64,000 nucleotides of DNA from the NCBI GenBank assembly GCA_024763175.1, contig JANTGA010000001.1, positions 32,767 through 96,766 on the forward strand, given 5' to 3'. The stretch comes from Sulfurovum sp. (GTDB lineage: Bacteria; Campylobacterota; Campylobacteria; Campylobacterales; Sulfurovaceae). Below the pieces are notes generated by a model. It saw only the letters and a list, made by a program, of their open reading frames with translations. It did not search any database and was not told the origin of the DNA. Shown here piece by piece: positions 44,831-54,266 of this stretch. The translations under genes and the position numbers were made by a program. How positions within the stretch are numbered: the first letter of the stretch is position 1; each line of letters starts with the position of its first letter.

Positions 44831-46659
44831 GATATAAAATTATTTTTTTACTGTTTTTTCTGATTTGGGGGGCGATGATTGTAAGGCTCTATCATATCAG
44901 TATCAAGTCGACCTACTATTATCAGGAGCTTGCCAAAAAAAATATTGAGCGTAAACTCTATGTCAAACCTATCAGGGGTGAAATTATTGATATTGACGGA
45001 AAGCTGCTGGCTATGAATCGTATCGGTTTCTCTATTTCGATCAAGCCACACTTGGAGCAGGGCGGCAAACAGCTCAATCTTGTTGCCGATAAATTGGTGC
45101 ACACCTTTCCTGATCTGAACAAAACAATGATGCTTAAAGTCTATAAAAAGCATAGCTCAGCCTATAACCACAAATATATTAAGGTGGTTGATTTTGTGCG
45201 TTATCGTGATATGATGCGCGCTTATCCAGTCTTGAGTCTGGATCGGGATATCAGTATAGAGGCAGAAACCAAACGATACTATCCTTACGGTAGATATGCA
45301 GCACATATAGTAGGCTATACGGGCAGATCAAACAAAAAAGAGAATGCAAAAGATTTTACCGTAGACCAGATCGGTGTCATTGGCAAATCCGGTTTGGAAC
45401 GCTATTACAATGAAACGTTACAGGGTAAACTCGGATATACGATCAGCAAGGTGACGGCTACCAATCGCGAAATCGAAGTCCTTGAGTATAAAAAGCCCAA
45501 AGAGAATCAAAACCTGGTGCTCAATCTTGATATGGATTTGCAAATGATGATATACAATCGCATGAGCGAGATGGCAGGTGTCGTGATCGTCATGCGTACC
45601 AACGGAGAGATATTGGCTGCTGTCAGTACTCCGAGCTATGACCCCAATATGTTTGTAGGCGGTATCAGCAAAAAGGACTGGCGGACACTGCAGGAGGATC
45701 CAGAACATCCGTTTACCAATCGATTGATTCATGGAACCTATCCTCCCGGATCGACGATCAAAATGGGTGTCGCGATAGCTGACTCTCTTTCGCCAAAGGG
45801 CCATGTCTTCAATACCGAGTTTTGCAGAGGGTGGATTACGATTGGGAGGAGCAGACACAAATTCAGATGCTGGAAAAAACATGGGCATGGTACAGTTGGC
45901 TTGCGTAAGGCGATACGAGAGAGTTGTGATGTCTTTTTTTACAACAAGAGTTTGGAAATAGGGATTGATTCGATGGCAAAAACGCTCAAGTCACTTGGTC
46001 TGGGCGTTAAAACCGGTATAGATTTACCACGTGAATATCGTGGTGTGATTCCTGATAAAAGTTGGAAAATGAAGCGCTTTAAACAACAATGGTATATGGG
46101 CGAGACAGTGATATCAGCAATTGGTCAGGGGTATGATGCGGTGACACCGATGCAGCTTGCCCGCTATACCAATCTACTGGCTACCGGCAATCTCGTGACG
46201 CCACATTTTGCCAAAGTGATCAATGGCACTCCCGTCTTGCCCAATATCAAAAAAGTAGCACTTGATAAAAATGTCATGGACACGATTCATGCAGGGATGT
46301 ATGATGCTTGCAATACACTGCATGGGACAGCTTATACGCATTTGAGAAATCTACCGATTGTTGTTGCAGGCAAGACGGGAACGTCACAAGTGGTTTCTAT
46401 CGCACAAAATGTTGTGAATCGTGCCAAAGAGCACGACATGGAGTATTGGAAACGTTCTCATGCGCTTCTGACGACCTATGCGCCTTTCAATAAGCCAAAA
46501 TATATCGTGACAACACTGGTAGAGCATGGGGGGCATGGCGGTGGCACCAATGGCCCTGTTGTGGCAGATATCTATAAGTGGATGTATGCCAGAGGCTATT
46601 TTTCCGAAGACAAAAATACCACGCATCCGACTGACGACAATGCGACAAAGTCCCAATGA
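44827..46659 (+). CDS. mrdA: Penicillin-binding protein 2 (elongasome transpeptidase)
   Basis: 610 aa with an N-terminal TM anchor, a PBP dimerisation domain, and a transpeptidase domain with SxxK (GSTIK) and KTGT (GKTGTS). Confidence 0.92.
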   Translation: MRYKIIFLLFFLIWGAMIVRLYHISIKSTYYYQELAKKNIERKLYVKPIRGEIIDIDGKLLAMNRIGFSISIKPHLEQGGKQLNLVADKLVHTFPDLNKTMMLKVYKKHSSAYNHKYIKVVDFVRYRDMMRAYPVLSLDRDISIEAETKRYYPYGRYAAHIVGYTGRSNKKENAKDFTVDQIGVIGKSGLERYYNETLQGKLGYTISKVTATNREIEVLEYKKPKENQNLVLNLDMDLQMMIYNRMSEMAGVVIVMRTNGEILAAVSTPSYDPNMFVGGISKKDWRTLQEDPEHPFTNRLIHGTYPPGSTIKMGVAIADSLSPKGHVFNTEFCRGWITIGRSRHKFRCWKKHGHGTVGLRKAIRESCDVFFYNKSLEIGIDSMAKTLKSLGLGVKTGIDLPREYRGVIPDKSWKMKRFKQQWYMGETVISAIGQGYDAVTPMQLARYTNLLATGNLVTPHFAKVINGTPVLPNIKKVALDKNVMDTIHAGMYDACNTLHGTAYTHLRNLPIVVAGKTGTSQVVSIAQNVVNRAKEHDMEYWKRSHALLTTYAPFNKPKYIVTTLVEHGGHGGGTNGPVVADIYKWMYARGYFSEDKNTTHPTDDNATKSQ

Positions 46660-46674
46660 GCACATTGCAGCGCA

Positions 46675-47865
46675 TCAAGCCTTTTCTTCAAGTTCTGTGG
46701 GAAATCTCCCATAGAATCCTCCGTTTAGTTGTGTTTGAGCGATAAGGTATCGCCTGAACTTTTCAAACAATTCCCTCTCCGGCGGCCTGTTGTTTTCCCA
46801 GAAGTCATCCAGCCTCATATCTTTGCATGTGAGACCCTCTATATCATAGAGGGCTCTACCCAATGCGATGGTAGGGATATGATGATAGAGTGAAGAGATG
46901 CCCACAGTACTGTTGATTGTGATAGTGCCAATAGCATTTTTCAGACAAGTCGGGAGATGCAGGTCGTAGATGATCAAGACTCTCTCCCTGACTCCCAGCG
47001 CTTGTGCTAATGTTGTGATATCCTGTTTATAGTCTTTTCTGCCTCTATCGAGAGGATGATGTTTGATGACCAAATGTGTATTTTTTGGCGCAAAGTTGGC
47101 AAATGAATATATGACAGTCTCCACAAAGGCTTCGATCGTCGGAAATTTTGAATGTGCCCTGACTTGAAAATCATCTCTTGTTTGAAGCGGTACAAAATAG
47201 TATTTTTTCTTTTTACTCAAGAGTTTTTCGGACAGCGCTCTTTCTGTTATTTTGTATGTATATTTTCTGGCAATATTTCGTAGCCCGTAAAACATCTCAT
47301 CCAGCAGCCTAAGCCCCCGATGGTGCTGGTAATGTGGATATCTATGGCGCAGAAGAACTGAAAGCAGATAATAGGATGCAGCACTCCATCCCATTCGATA
47401 GTACCTGTTGTTGGCTGGTTGGATTATTCCTATTTTCAGTTTTGAAGTATCCAGCTGCTCATAAAAATGTCGATCTCTGGGTATCTGGCTGTAGTCATTC
47501 ACGCCATATCTCTCCATAGTGATAAAATCCGGACGAATATATCCCTCCTCGAAGACAACTACTTCCAGGCCCAGTTTTTTTGACAAATTGATGGCTGTCT
47601 TGTGGTAGTAGCGACAATCCCCATAGAGAAAAATTTTCTCTATGGCATTTCCCCTCAGGAATTGATACAGGAAGTCTTCCCATTCGCCCTGTGTGCCACG
47701 ATAGGGTGTGTAGTTGTCTTTATTGGAAAAAAAATAATCTCCAGCATTAAGTCCAATTCTGAAAGTTCTTGTGCCCCTCTTTCTGATCGCCATATCTACT
47801 TTTTTAAAAAAAGAGCCCATAGGGCCTTGTAGCAAAAGTACGCTTTCCCCCTTCAACATTCCCAT
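46675..47865 (-). CDS. kpsS: Capsule polysaccharide biosynthesis protein KpsS-like (Capsule_synth family, beta-Kdo transferase)
   Basis: LLLQGPMGSFF, GDCRYYH, FEEGYIRPDFIT, YYFVPLQTRDDFQV, VIKHHPLDRG and TINSTVG parallel E. coli KpsS as I recall it. The start was chosen at MGMLKG (47865); the ORF extends to 47937. Confidence 0.8.
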   Translation of the reverse strand: MGMLKGESVLLLQGPMGSFFKKVDMAIRKRGTRTFRIGLNAGDYFFSNKDNYTPYRGTQGEWEDFLYQFLRGNAIEKIFLYGDCRYYHKTAINLSKKLGLEVVVFEEGYIRPDFITMERYGVNDYSQIPRDRHFYEQLDTSKLKIGIIQPANNRYYRMGWSAASYYLLSVLLRHRYPHYQHHRGLRLLDEMFYGLRNIARKYTYKITERALSEKLLSKKKKYYFVPLQTRDDFQVRAHSKFPTIEAFVETVIYSFANFAPKNTHLVIKHHPLDRGRKDYKQDITTLAQALGVRERVLIIYDLHLPTCLKNAIGTITINSTVGISSLYHHIPTIALGRALYDIEGLTCKDMRLDDFWENNRPPERELFEKFRRYLIAQTQLNGGFYGRFPTELEEKA

Positions 47866-48051
47866 TTTGTCCACTTTGAATCCGATTTTTTTAAGCCACC
47901 ATTTTAGTGAAAAACTTATAAAATGGAGTAGATACATAGAAAACTTCGCACAATAAGCGTTCTGTTAACTTTTGATTTTAGAGTTTGAGATACTATCGTC
48001 AACAAAATCAACAATAGTAGTGATTGATCAAAAGGATAGGAGAAAATAACG

Positions 48052-49626
48052 ATGAAGCAGAAAAATATACTTTTGGCACTGGGTTTTGTCTTGGTGCAGT
48101 ACGGCGCGATCCATGCCAAAGCCACAACGGATTTAACCCAAATACGATCGGATGGAATAAACTATCTGAATACATTGCGTGCTCATGCAGGCATGATCAA
48201 GTTCTCTGCAGAACAGCACCTGGATACTTCGTCTTATAATCATGCGCATTATCAAATGCTAAATAATGCCATAGGACATGGTGAAACAAGCGGTAATGAT
48301 GGCTATACCGGTGCGTCTCCTGCGGAGAGAGCAGTTTATGCAGACTATCTGCATAAGACTGTCAATGAAAGTATCTCCAATGGCCAAGATACGGTCTATC
48401 AGTCTGTCGATGGTCTTATTGCTTCTATTTATCATCGATTCGGATTGCTTGGATTTGACTATGATGAGATAGGTATCGGTGCGGATTTTTCGGATAGCCA
48501 CGCCTATGGAAATGCCTATGTTTATGACATTGGTGTGTCGCAATTGAGAGTGTTGTGTGCGGGTGAATCATCCACAGCCGACCACTACTACTATAATGTT
48601 TGTGCAGATGATACATTCAGGATTGAATCATCACAATATGAAAATGCAATGGCAGAAAATGCCAATGCAAACCCTGCCTATGTTTTGTGGCCTTATAACG
48701 GGCAAAATGATTCGCTGCCTGTATTCTTTGAGGAAAATCCAGATCCTTTGCCTGATTGTAGTGTGAGCGGATACCCCGTAAGTATACAGTTCAATCCGAA
48801 AAAAAGTGGCAAAATAGCACTGAGCTCATTCAAAATTTATGATGAGGGAAGCAATAGTGAAATTACCAATACAACATTATTGGACAAGGATAGTGACCCA
48901 AATAGTATACTCAGCGAATATGAGTATGCCCTTTTTCCTCTGGATAGGCTCGCCTGGGGCGGTCAATACAGGGCAGAACTCTTTTATCAGGAAGATGGTA
49001 CTGACAAACAGATCGTTTGGAGATTTTCGACAAAATCAGCGCCTTACCCATACTATCAGGTCATCACCAAGGATAGTACATTTGATATTAAAAGCGGACA
49101 AACATACCTACTCTATCTTCCTCCCGAAAATTGTAGTGATACAATGGCTCAGTATAGCATAAGCTATAGCAGTGGTCTGACGCTCGAGTATGCGTTTTAT
49201 GACTACAATACGATCAAATTGACCGCTACGGGTACATCTGGTACTGTCAACGTCTCTCCAGACAATGGAAGAGATTTTTCACTGACGATTGCTGACAGTG
49301 ATACTGCCATCTATCCGGATGGAAGTCAAAACGGCAAACAAGCCTCCCGTGACTTCAACGGCGACGGAAAATCCGACATCCTCTTCAAGCAGGATAACGG
49401 AGCATATAATATCTGGCTGATGGATGAAAGCGGTAAAATCGGTACCACTTTTGTGATGGGTGATCGAGGCTGGATGGCAGAAGGTATCGGTGACTTCAAC
49501 GGCGACGGAAAATCCGACATCCTTTTCAAGCAGGATAATGGAGCATATAATATCTTTTTGATGGATGAAAGCGGTAAAATCGGTACCACTTTTGTGATGG
49601 GTGATCGAGGCTGGGTGGCGCAGTAG
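48052..49626 (+). CDS. Secreted CAP/SCP-domain protein with C-terminal FG-GAP/VCBS repeats
   Basis: 524 aa with a signal peptide and a CAP-like N-domain (YLNTLRAHAGM...HAHYQMLNNAIGHGE...). It has an unassigned middle region and ends with two 47-aa DFNGDGKSDILFKQDNGAYNI... repeats. Confidence 0.75.
   Translation: MKQKNILLALGFVLVQYGAIHAKATTDLTQIRSDGINYLNTLRAHAGMIKFSAEQHLDTSSYNHAHYQMLNNAIGHGETSGNDGYTGASPAERAVYADYLHKTVNESISNGQDTVYQSVDGLIASIYHRFGLLGFDYDEIGIGADFSDSHAYGNAYVYDIGVSQLRVLCAGESSTADHYYYNVCADDTFRIESSQYENAMAENANANPAYVLWPYNGQNDSLPVFFEENPDPLPDCSVSGYPVSIQFNPKKSGKIALSSFKIYDEGSNSEITNTTLLDKDSDPNSILSEYEYALFPLDRLAWGGQYRAELFYQEDGTDKQIVWRFSTKSAPYPYYQVITKDSTFDIKSGQTYLLYLPPENCSDTMAQYSISYSSGLTLEYAFYDYNTIKLTATGTSGTVNVSPDNGRDFSLTIADSDTAIYPDGSQNGKQASRDFNGDGKSDILFKQDNGAYNIWLMDESGKIGTTFVMGDRGWMAEGIGDFNGDGKSDILFKQDNGAYNIFLMDESGKIGTTFVMGDRGWVAQ
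49351..49626 (+). repeat. 141-bp tandem repeat (about 1.95 copies, about 96% identical)
   Basis: Copy 1 is 49351-49491 and copy 2 is 49492-49626. I counted about 5 mismatches in the first 120 nt. It encodes the two FG-GAP blades and runs into the stop codon. Confidence 0.9.
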
Positions 49627-49691
49627 GGTAGAGAGTTATTTGGGGACACGCCAAAGCGATCCTCTGGTAAGAAAGAAGTATGATGGATAGA

Positions 49692-50654
49692 TTAGGATAG
49701 CTGCATTGACACAATCGTATGATCGAGGAAGAGGGCCAGTACGATGAAGAGAGCGATGCCTGCAGGTTTGCTGTAGAGCTTGTTGGCAGTAATGAAGACC
49801 AGCATCAGTGTGGCGATGATCATCGTGCTGATATCGAAAAGATACGCATTGACATCCAGGTTCATCGGTTTGGTGAGTGCTGCAGCACCTAGAACGATCG
49901 TGGTATTAGCCAGATTGGAGCCGATGATATTGCCGATCGCCATATCGACCTTGCCTTTGAGTGAAGCAGAGATACTGACGACCAGTTCAGGCAGAGAGGT
50001 GCCCAGACTGATCATCACGATGCCAATGACCCACTCTGAGATACCAAAACTTCGGGCGATATCCGATGCACTCTCGATCGTGAAGTTTGCACCTGCGATG
50101 ATCAGGACCAGTCCCAGCATGATCAGCGGGAGTGATATGAGCCAGGAAAACCCGTGCTGATCGCCTTCCTGGAGCTCTTCCTCTATCTCTTCGATCTCTG
50201 CCGCGATGATTCCCCTGGCCTCCTTGAGCAAAAATATAATATAGGCTGCCATCAGGAGCAGGAGAAGTATCGCATCAAAACGTGAAATCGTACCGTCAAA
50301 GATCATCAGAAGAAAAATAAATACCGGAACAATGGCCCAAGTGCTATCCTTGGCAAAAAAGTCTCTATCGGGATTGAGTCTCCTGGAAATCAGAAAAATA
50401 GTACCCAAGACCAGTGTAATATTGAGAATATTGCTACCGATAACATTCGCAATGGCGATTTGGGATTTCCCTTCGGCACTTGCTGCAATACTGGCTGCCA
50501 TCTCAGGCAGACTGGTTCCCAGCGCGATCAGTGTTGCACCGATTGCAAATTCTGAGATATGAAAGCGCAATGCGATCCGTTCACTCTCTCTGACGAGCAG
50601 GTCTGCTCCCCATATCAGTGATGCCATAGCAATGACGAAGATGACAAAACTCAT
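49692..50654 (-). CDS. CaCA-family sodium/calcium exchanger (YrbG-like)
   Basis: 320 aa with two homologous halves, each carrying the alpha-repeat GTSLPE...ANVIGSN / GNIIGSN. Confidence 0.88.
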   Translation of the reverse strand: MSFVIFVIAMASLIWGADLLVRESERIALRFHISEFAIGATLIALGTSLPEMAASIAASAEGKSQIAIANVIGSNILNITLVLGTIFLISRRLNPDRDFFAKDSTWAIVPVFIFLLMIFDGTISRFDAILLLLLMAAYIIFLLKEARGIIAAEIEEIEEELQEGDQHGFSWLISLPLIMLGLVLIIAGANFTIESASDIARSFGISEWVIGIVMISLGTSLPELVVSISASLKGKVDMAIGNIIGSNLANTTIVLGAAALTKPMNLDVNAYLFDISTMIIATLMLVFITANKLYSKPAGIALFIVLALFLDHTIVSMQLS

Positions 50655-50657
50655 CGG

Positions 50658-51092
50658 CTACTCCTCCTCTTTTTCTGTACGGACGATCAAGCTTTTGGGC
50701 AGGTTGAATTGATGGATTATTCTCTTCTCTTCTGCTCTCATTTCTCCTTTGTCCGTCTCGTGATCATAGCCCAGAAGGTGCAATAGTCCATGGATAAAGA
50801 GCAGAATACTCTCTTCTTCTACTGTGTGTCCAAACTCTTTCGCTTTTTGGTTTATCATATCAGATGAGATGAGGATCGATCCCAAAGGGAACTTGTCGAT
50901 ATCACCCTCCAAAGGAAAGCTCAGCACATCGGTCGGGTGATTTTTGGATCGGTATTCAGAGTTGAGTTTCTGTATCGTAGGATTATCGCAAATGATCAAC
51001 TCTATCTCTCTCTTTGTGAGAGACCGGGCGATGGATTCGAATCTATCCAGAGGAATCAGAAAATCTGTCTGGTTATCTATGGTTATTTTCAT
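50658..51092 (-). CDS. ybeY: rRNA maturation endoribonuclease YbeY
   Basis: HGLLHLLGYDH zinc motif. Start chosen at MKITIDNQ (51092); the upstream part of the ORF looks non-coding. Confidence 0.9.
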   Translation of the reverse strand: MKITIDNQTDFLIPLDRFESIARSLTKREIELIICDNPTIQKLNSEYRSKNHPTDVLSFPLEGDIDKFPLGSILISSDMINQKAKEFGHTVEEESILLFIHGLLHLLGYDHETDKGEMRAEEKRIIHQFNLPKSLIVRTEKEEE

Positions 51093-51148
51093 GGGTGAAT
51101 TATAGCTAATATTGGTAAAATAAGAGAGCAAAATAAGAGAGGCAGCCA

Positions 51149-51826
51149 ATGAGTGAATCAAAAAAAGCAGTTTGTGTCATATCTGGAGGAATGGATAGTG
51201 CCTTGAGTGCCGCGCTTGCCAAAGAAGAGGGGTATGATATCATCGGTGTACACTTCAACTATGGGCAGCGCACGCAAAAGAAAGAGCTTGCCTGCTTCCG
51301 CAGGATCTCAGAGGATCTGGGCACGATCAAAGCATATGAGATCGATCTGGACTTCTTCGGGCAGATCGGTACCTCTGCACTGACAGACCCCTCCATCGCG
51401 GTGCCGACAGGAGGTATCGAAGAGGGTGTTCCCGTCACGTATGTCCCCTTTCGCAACGGTATCTTCCTCTCCATTGCAGCAGCGATCGGGGAAAAACATC
51501 AAGCCCAAGCCCTCTACATCGGTGTAGTAGAAGAGGATAGCAGCGGTTATCCTGATTGTCGTGAGAGCTATATCCGGGCGATGGAAAAAGCGATCGATCT
51601 GGGGACACGCGATGAGACAAAGCTGGAGATCAAAATGCCTCTGGTTGCACTCAAAAAAAGCCAAATCGTCCAAAAAGCACTCGAACTCTCCGTGCCCCTG
51701 GAGCATACCTGGAGCTGCTACCAGTCCGAAGATGATGCGTGCGGTGTCTGTGATAGCTGCCGGCTCCGACTAAAGGGTTTCGAGGAGGCGGGAGTGAAAG
51801 ATCCTATCGTTTACAGAGTGCTATAA
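51149..51826 (+). CDS. queC: 7-cyano-7-deazaguanine synthase
   Basis: 225 aa with PP-loop SGGMDS and the C-terminal Zn cluster CYQSEDDACGVCDSCRLR. Confidence 0.93.
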   Translation: MSESKKAVCVISGGMDSALSAALAKEEGYDIIGVHFNYGQRTQKKELACFRRISEDLGTIKAYEIDLDFFGQIGTSALTDPSIAVPTGGIEEGVPVTYVPFRNGIFLSIAAAIGEKHQAQALYIGVVEEDSSGYPDCRESYIRAMEKAIDLGTRDETKLEIKMPLVALKKSQIVQKALELSVPLEHTWSCYQSEDDACGVCDSCRLRLKGFEEAGVKDPIVYRVL

Positions 51827-51928
51827 CTTACTCTCTCGATTGTCATTATCAGCAAGTCTTGATTTGCCTTCCTGGCTTTCCGATATGACCATCATCTCAC
51901 AGGAAGTGAAAAAAAGATATACTGCCGG

Positions 51929-52282
51929 ATGGAATTAACAGATCAAAACTATGAAAAAATCATTAAAAATCAATCATCCCCCGTCTTTGTCGACTTCTAC
52001 TCTCCCACCTGCGGCCCCTGCCGGGTGCTGCTCGGCCTCATCGATGAGAGGCTTGAGGCCTATGCCAAAGAACGGGGTATTGTCGTAGCCAAATGTGATG
52101 TCTCGAGAAATCATAAACTTGCAGAGGCTTTCAAGGTTCGCTCGGTTCCCTTTACGATAGCGGTACTGCCGGACGGCAAGCTCAAATTTCCCGAGATGGG
52201 CCTCAAGGATGAAGCCTACTACTTCAGTATCATTGATAAGCTGGCAAAGAAGGGATCATTTTTCAGTAGATTGTTTTCATAA
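51929..52282 (+). CDS. Thioredoxin-family protein
   Basis: 117 aa with the CGPC active site (FYSPTCGPCRVL). No obvious RBS; see the leaderless finding. Confidence 0.75.
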   Translation: MELTDQNYEKIIKNQSSPVFVDFYSPTCGPCRVLLGLIDERLEAYAKERGIVVAKCDVSRNHKLAEAFKVRSVPFTIAVLPDGKLKFPEMGLKDEAYYFSIIDKLAKKGSFFSRLFS

Positions 52283-52297
52283 GAAAGAAGGATATTT

Positions 52298-53164
52298 ATG
52301 GTATTAAAATTAGGAATCCCCAAAGGAAGCCTGCAGGATTCAACGATCAAAATCTTCAAAGAAGCCGGCTATACGATTCGAGTCAGAGAGCGTAACTACT
52401 ATCCTTCTGTCGATGATCCCGAGCTGGAGTGTATGCTGATCCGTGCGCAGGAAATGGCGCGCTATGTGGAGGGGGGTGAGCTGGACTGCGGACTGACAGG
52501 TTTGGACTGGATCAAGGAAAACCGTGCCGATATTGTAGAAGTGTGTGAGCTGATCTACGCCAAGCAGAGCTTCAAACCTATCAAGTGGGTCTTGGCAGTC
52601 AAAGAGGATTCTTCTTATCAAAGTGTCAAAGACCTGGAAGGCAAAACGATCGCTACCGAAGTGGTCAATCTGACCCATGATTACCTGGCTTCTCATGGCG
52701 TGAAAGCCAATGTGGAATTTAGCTGGGGTACAACAGAGGTGAAGGTGCCCAAGCTGGCAGATGCAATCGTTGAGATTACCGAGACCGGATCATCGCTCAG
52801 AGCCAACAATCTCAAGATCATCGACACGGTACTGGAGACGACGACACGCTTCATCGCCAATAAAAAAGCTTATGAGGATCCGGAAAAAAGAGCCAAAATC
52901 GACAGGGTCATTATGATGCTCCAGTCAGTGATCGATGCCGTCCCCAAAGTCTGTCTGATGCTCAATGCACCACAAAATGAACTGGAGTCCATCCTCAGGG
53001 TGCTCCCGAGTGAGAACCCCACTGTTTCACATTTGGCAAAAGGTGACTGGGTGGATGTGATGGCAGTTTTGGATAAGCGAACACTGCGCGATGTTATCCC
53101 CCGACTCAAAGCCTATGGCGCCAAGTCGATTATAGAGATACCAGTGAGCAAGATTATCGACTAA
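52298..53164 (+). CDS. hisG: ATP phosphoribosyltransferase (long form)
   Basis: 288 aa with [10 protein letters not shown] and [13 protein letters not shown], plus the C-terminal regulatory domain. Confidence 0.92.
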   Translation: MVLKLGIPKGSLQDSTIKIFKEAGYTIRVRERNYYPSVDDPELECMLIRAQEMARYVEGGELDCGLTGLDWIKENRADIVEVCELIYAKQSFKPIKWVLAVKEDSSYQSVKDLEGKTIATEVVNLTHDYLASHGVKANVEFSWGTTEVKVPKLADAIVEITETGSSLRANNLKIIDTVLETTTRFIANKKAYEDPEKRAKIDRVIMMLQSVIDAVPKVCLMLNAPQNELESILRVLPSENPTVSHLAKGDWVDVMAVLDKRTLRDVIPRLKAYGAKSIIEIPVSKIID

Positions 53165-53175
53165 CCAATCGTTTG

Positions 53176-53205
53176 CAGGATATCAGATCAGACGCTGATA
53201 TCCTG
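53176..53205. terminator. Bidirectional stem-loop between convergent hisG and ppk2
   Basis: CAGGATATCAG-atcagacg-CTGATATCCTG is a perfect 11-bp stem. Confidence 0.5.
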
Positions 53206-53218
53206 TGGCAGAAATGAG

Positions 53219-54157
53219 TCAGGACTCATCCGAAAGTTGATTCGAAACACTTTGGTCAAATTCTGCTATTTTTGTATCCGCTGAAGAGACTATCTTTTCA
53301 TCTGTATTCAAGTACTTCTGTTTGATTTTTTCCGGATAGTCGATTTGATTGAGGATATGCTTGATACTGTTGACGCGTGCCTTCTTTTTGTTATCTGAGT
53401 GAATAACGGTCCAAGGCGCACTCTCGGTATGTGAAGCCATAAACATTGAGTACTCTGCTATAGTATATTTGTCCCATACTTGCTGCGCAAATTTGTCTAT
53501 CGGTGAGAGTTTATACTGTTTGAGCGGATTGGTTTCACGTTCTTTGAAGCGTTTCGCCTGCTCTTTTTTCGAAACTGAAAAGTAGAACTTTATCAGGATA
53601 ATGCCACTATTGACCAGTCTTCTTTCAAAAAAAGGAACTTCGTGCAAAAATTCCTGATGCTCTTCTTGTGTGCAGAAGTTCATTACCGGCTCTACACCCG
53701 CACGGTTATACCAACTCCGATCAAAGAGGACGATCTCGCCCCCACTGGGGAGATGCTGTACGTAGCGCTGGAAATACCACTGTGTTTTCTCCACGTCAGA
53801 GGGTTTGTTCAGGGCGACGACTCGTGCACCACGGGGATTGAGATGCTCGGTGATGCGCTTGATAGTCCCACCTTTGCCTGCCGCGTCGCGACCTTCAAAG
53901 AGAATCAGTACTTTCATTCCCTTCTCTTTGACATGTCTTTGGAGCTTGAGCAGTTCGATTTGAAGTTTTTGAAGCTCTTTTTCATAGTCCAATACTTCTT
54001 GCTTGATCCAGATGGGAACACGCTTTTTCTTCTGTTCGCTGCGGCGCTCCTCCTCTTCAAAACGCTTGAGGCACTCCTCTTTGCGCTTCTGTACCTCCTC
54101 TTCCAGTGTTCCGCCTTCCTGTATCTCTGTCTCTACCATCTTACGTTTTGTTCCCAT
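53219..54157 (-). CDS. ppk2: Polyphosphate kinase 2 (PPK2)
   Basis: FEGRDAAGKGGTIKRI, NPRGARVVAL, QWYFQRY and FDRSWYNRAGVE. Carries a Glu/Lys-rich N-terminal extension of about 70 aa. Start ambiguous (ATG 54157; GTG 54211 in the ORF track). Confidence 0.9.
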   Translation of the reverse strand: MGTKRKMVETEIQEGGTLEEEVQKRKEECLKRFEEEERRSEQKKKRVPIWIKQEVLDYEKELQKLQIELLKLQRHVKEKGMKVLILFEGRDAAGKGGTIKRITEHLNPRGARVVALNKPSDVEKTQWYFQRYVQHLPSGGEIVLFDRSWYNRAGVEPVMNFCTQEEHQEFLHEVPFFERRLVNSGIILIKFYFSVSKKEQAKRFKERETNPLKQYKLSPIDKFAQQVWDKYTIAEYSMFMASHTESAPWTVIHSDNKKKARVNSIKHILNQIDYPEKIKQKYLNTDEKIVSSADTKIAEFDQSVSNQLSDES

Positions 54158-54266
54158 CTTTTTACAGCCTCGCTCTTTAACATTTGGTGATAGGACTTTA
54201 CTTCTATACACTCCATTTCATTATTGCAGATAATAGAATAGAGTTTGCTTATTTCAGAGAGAAAGG

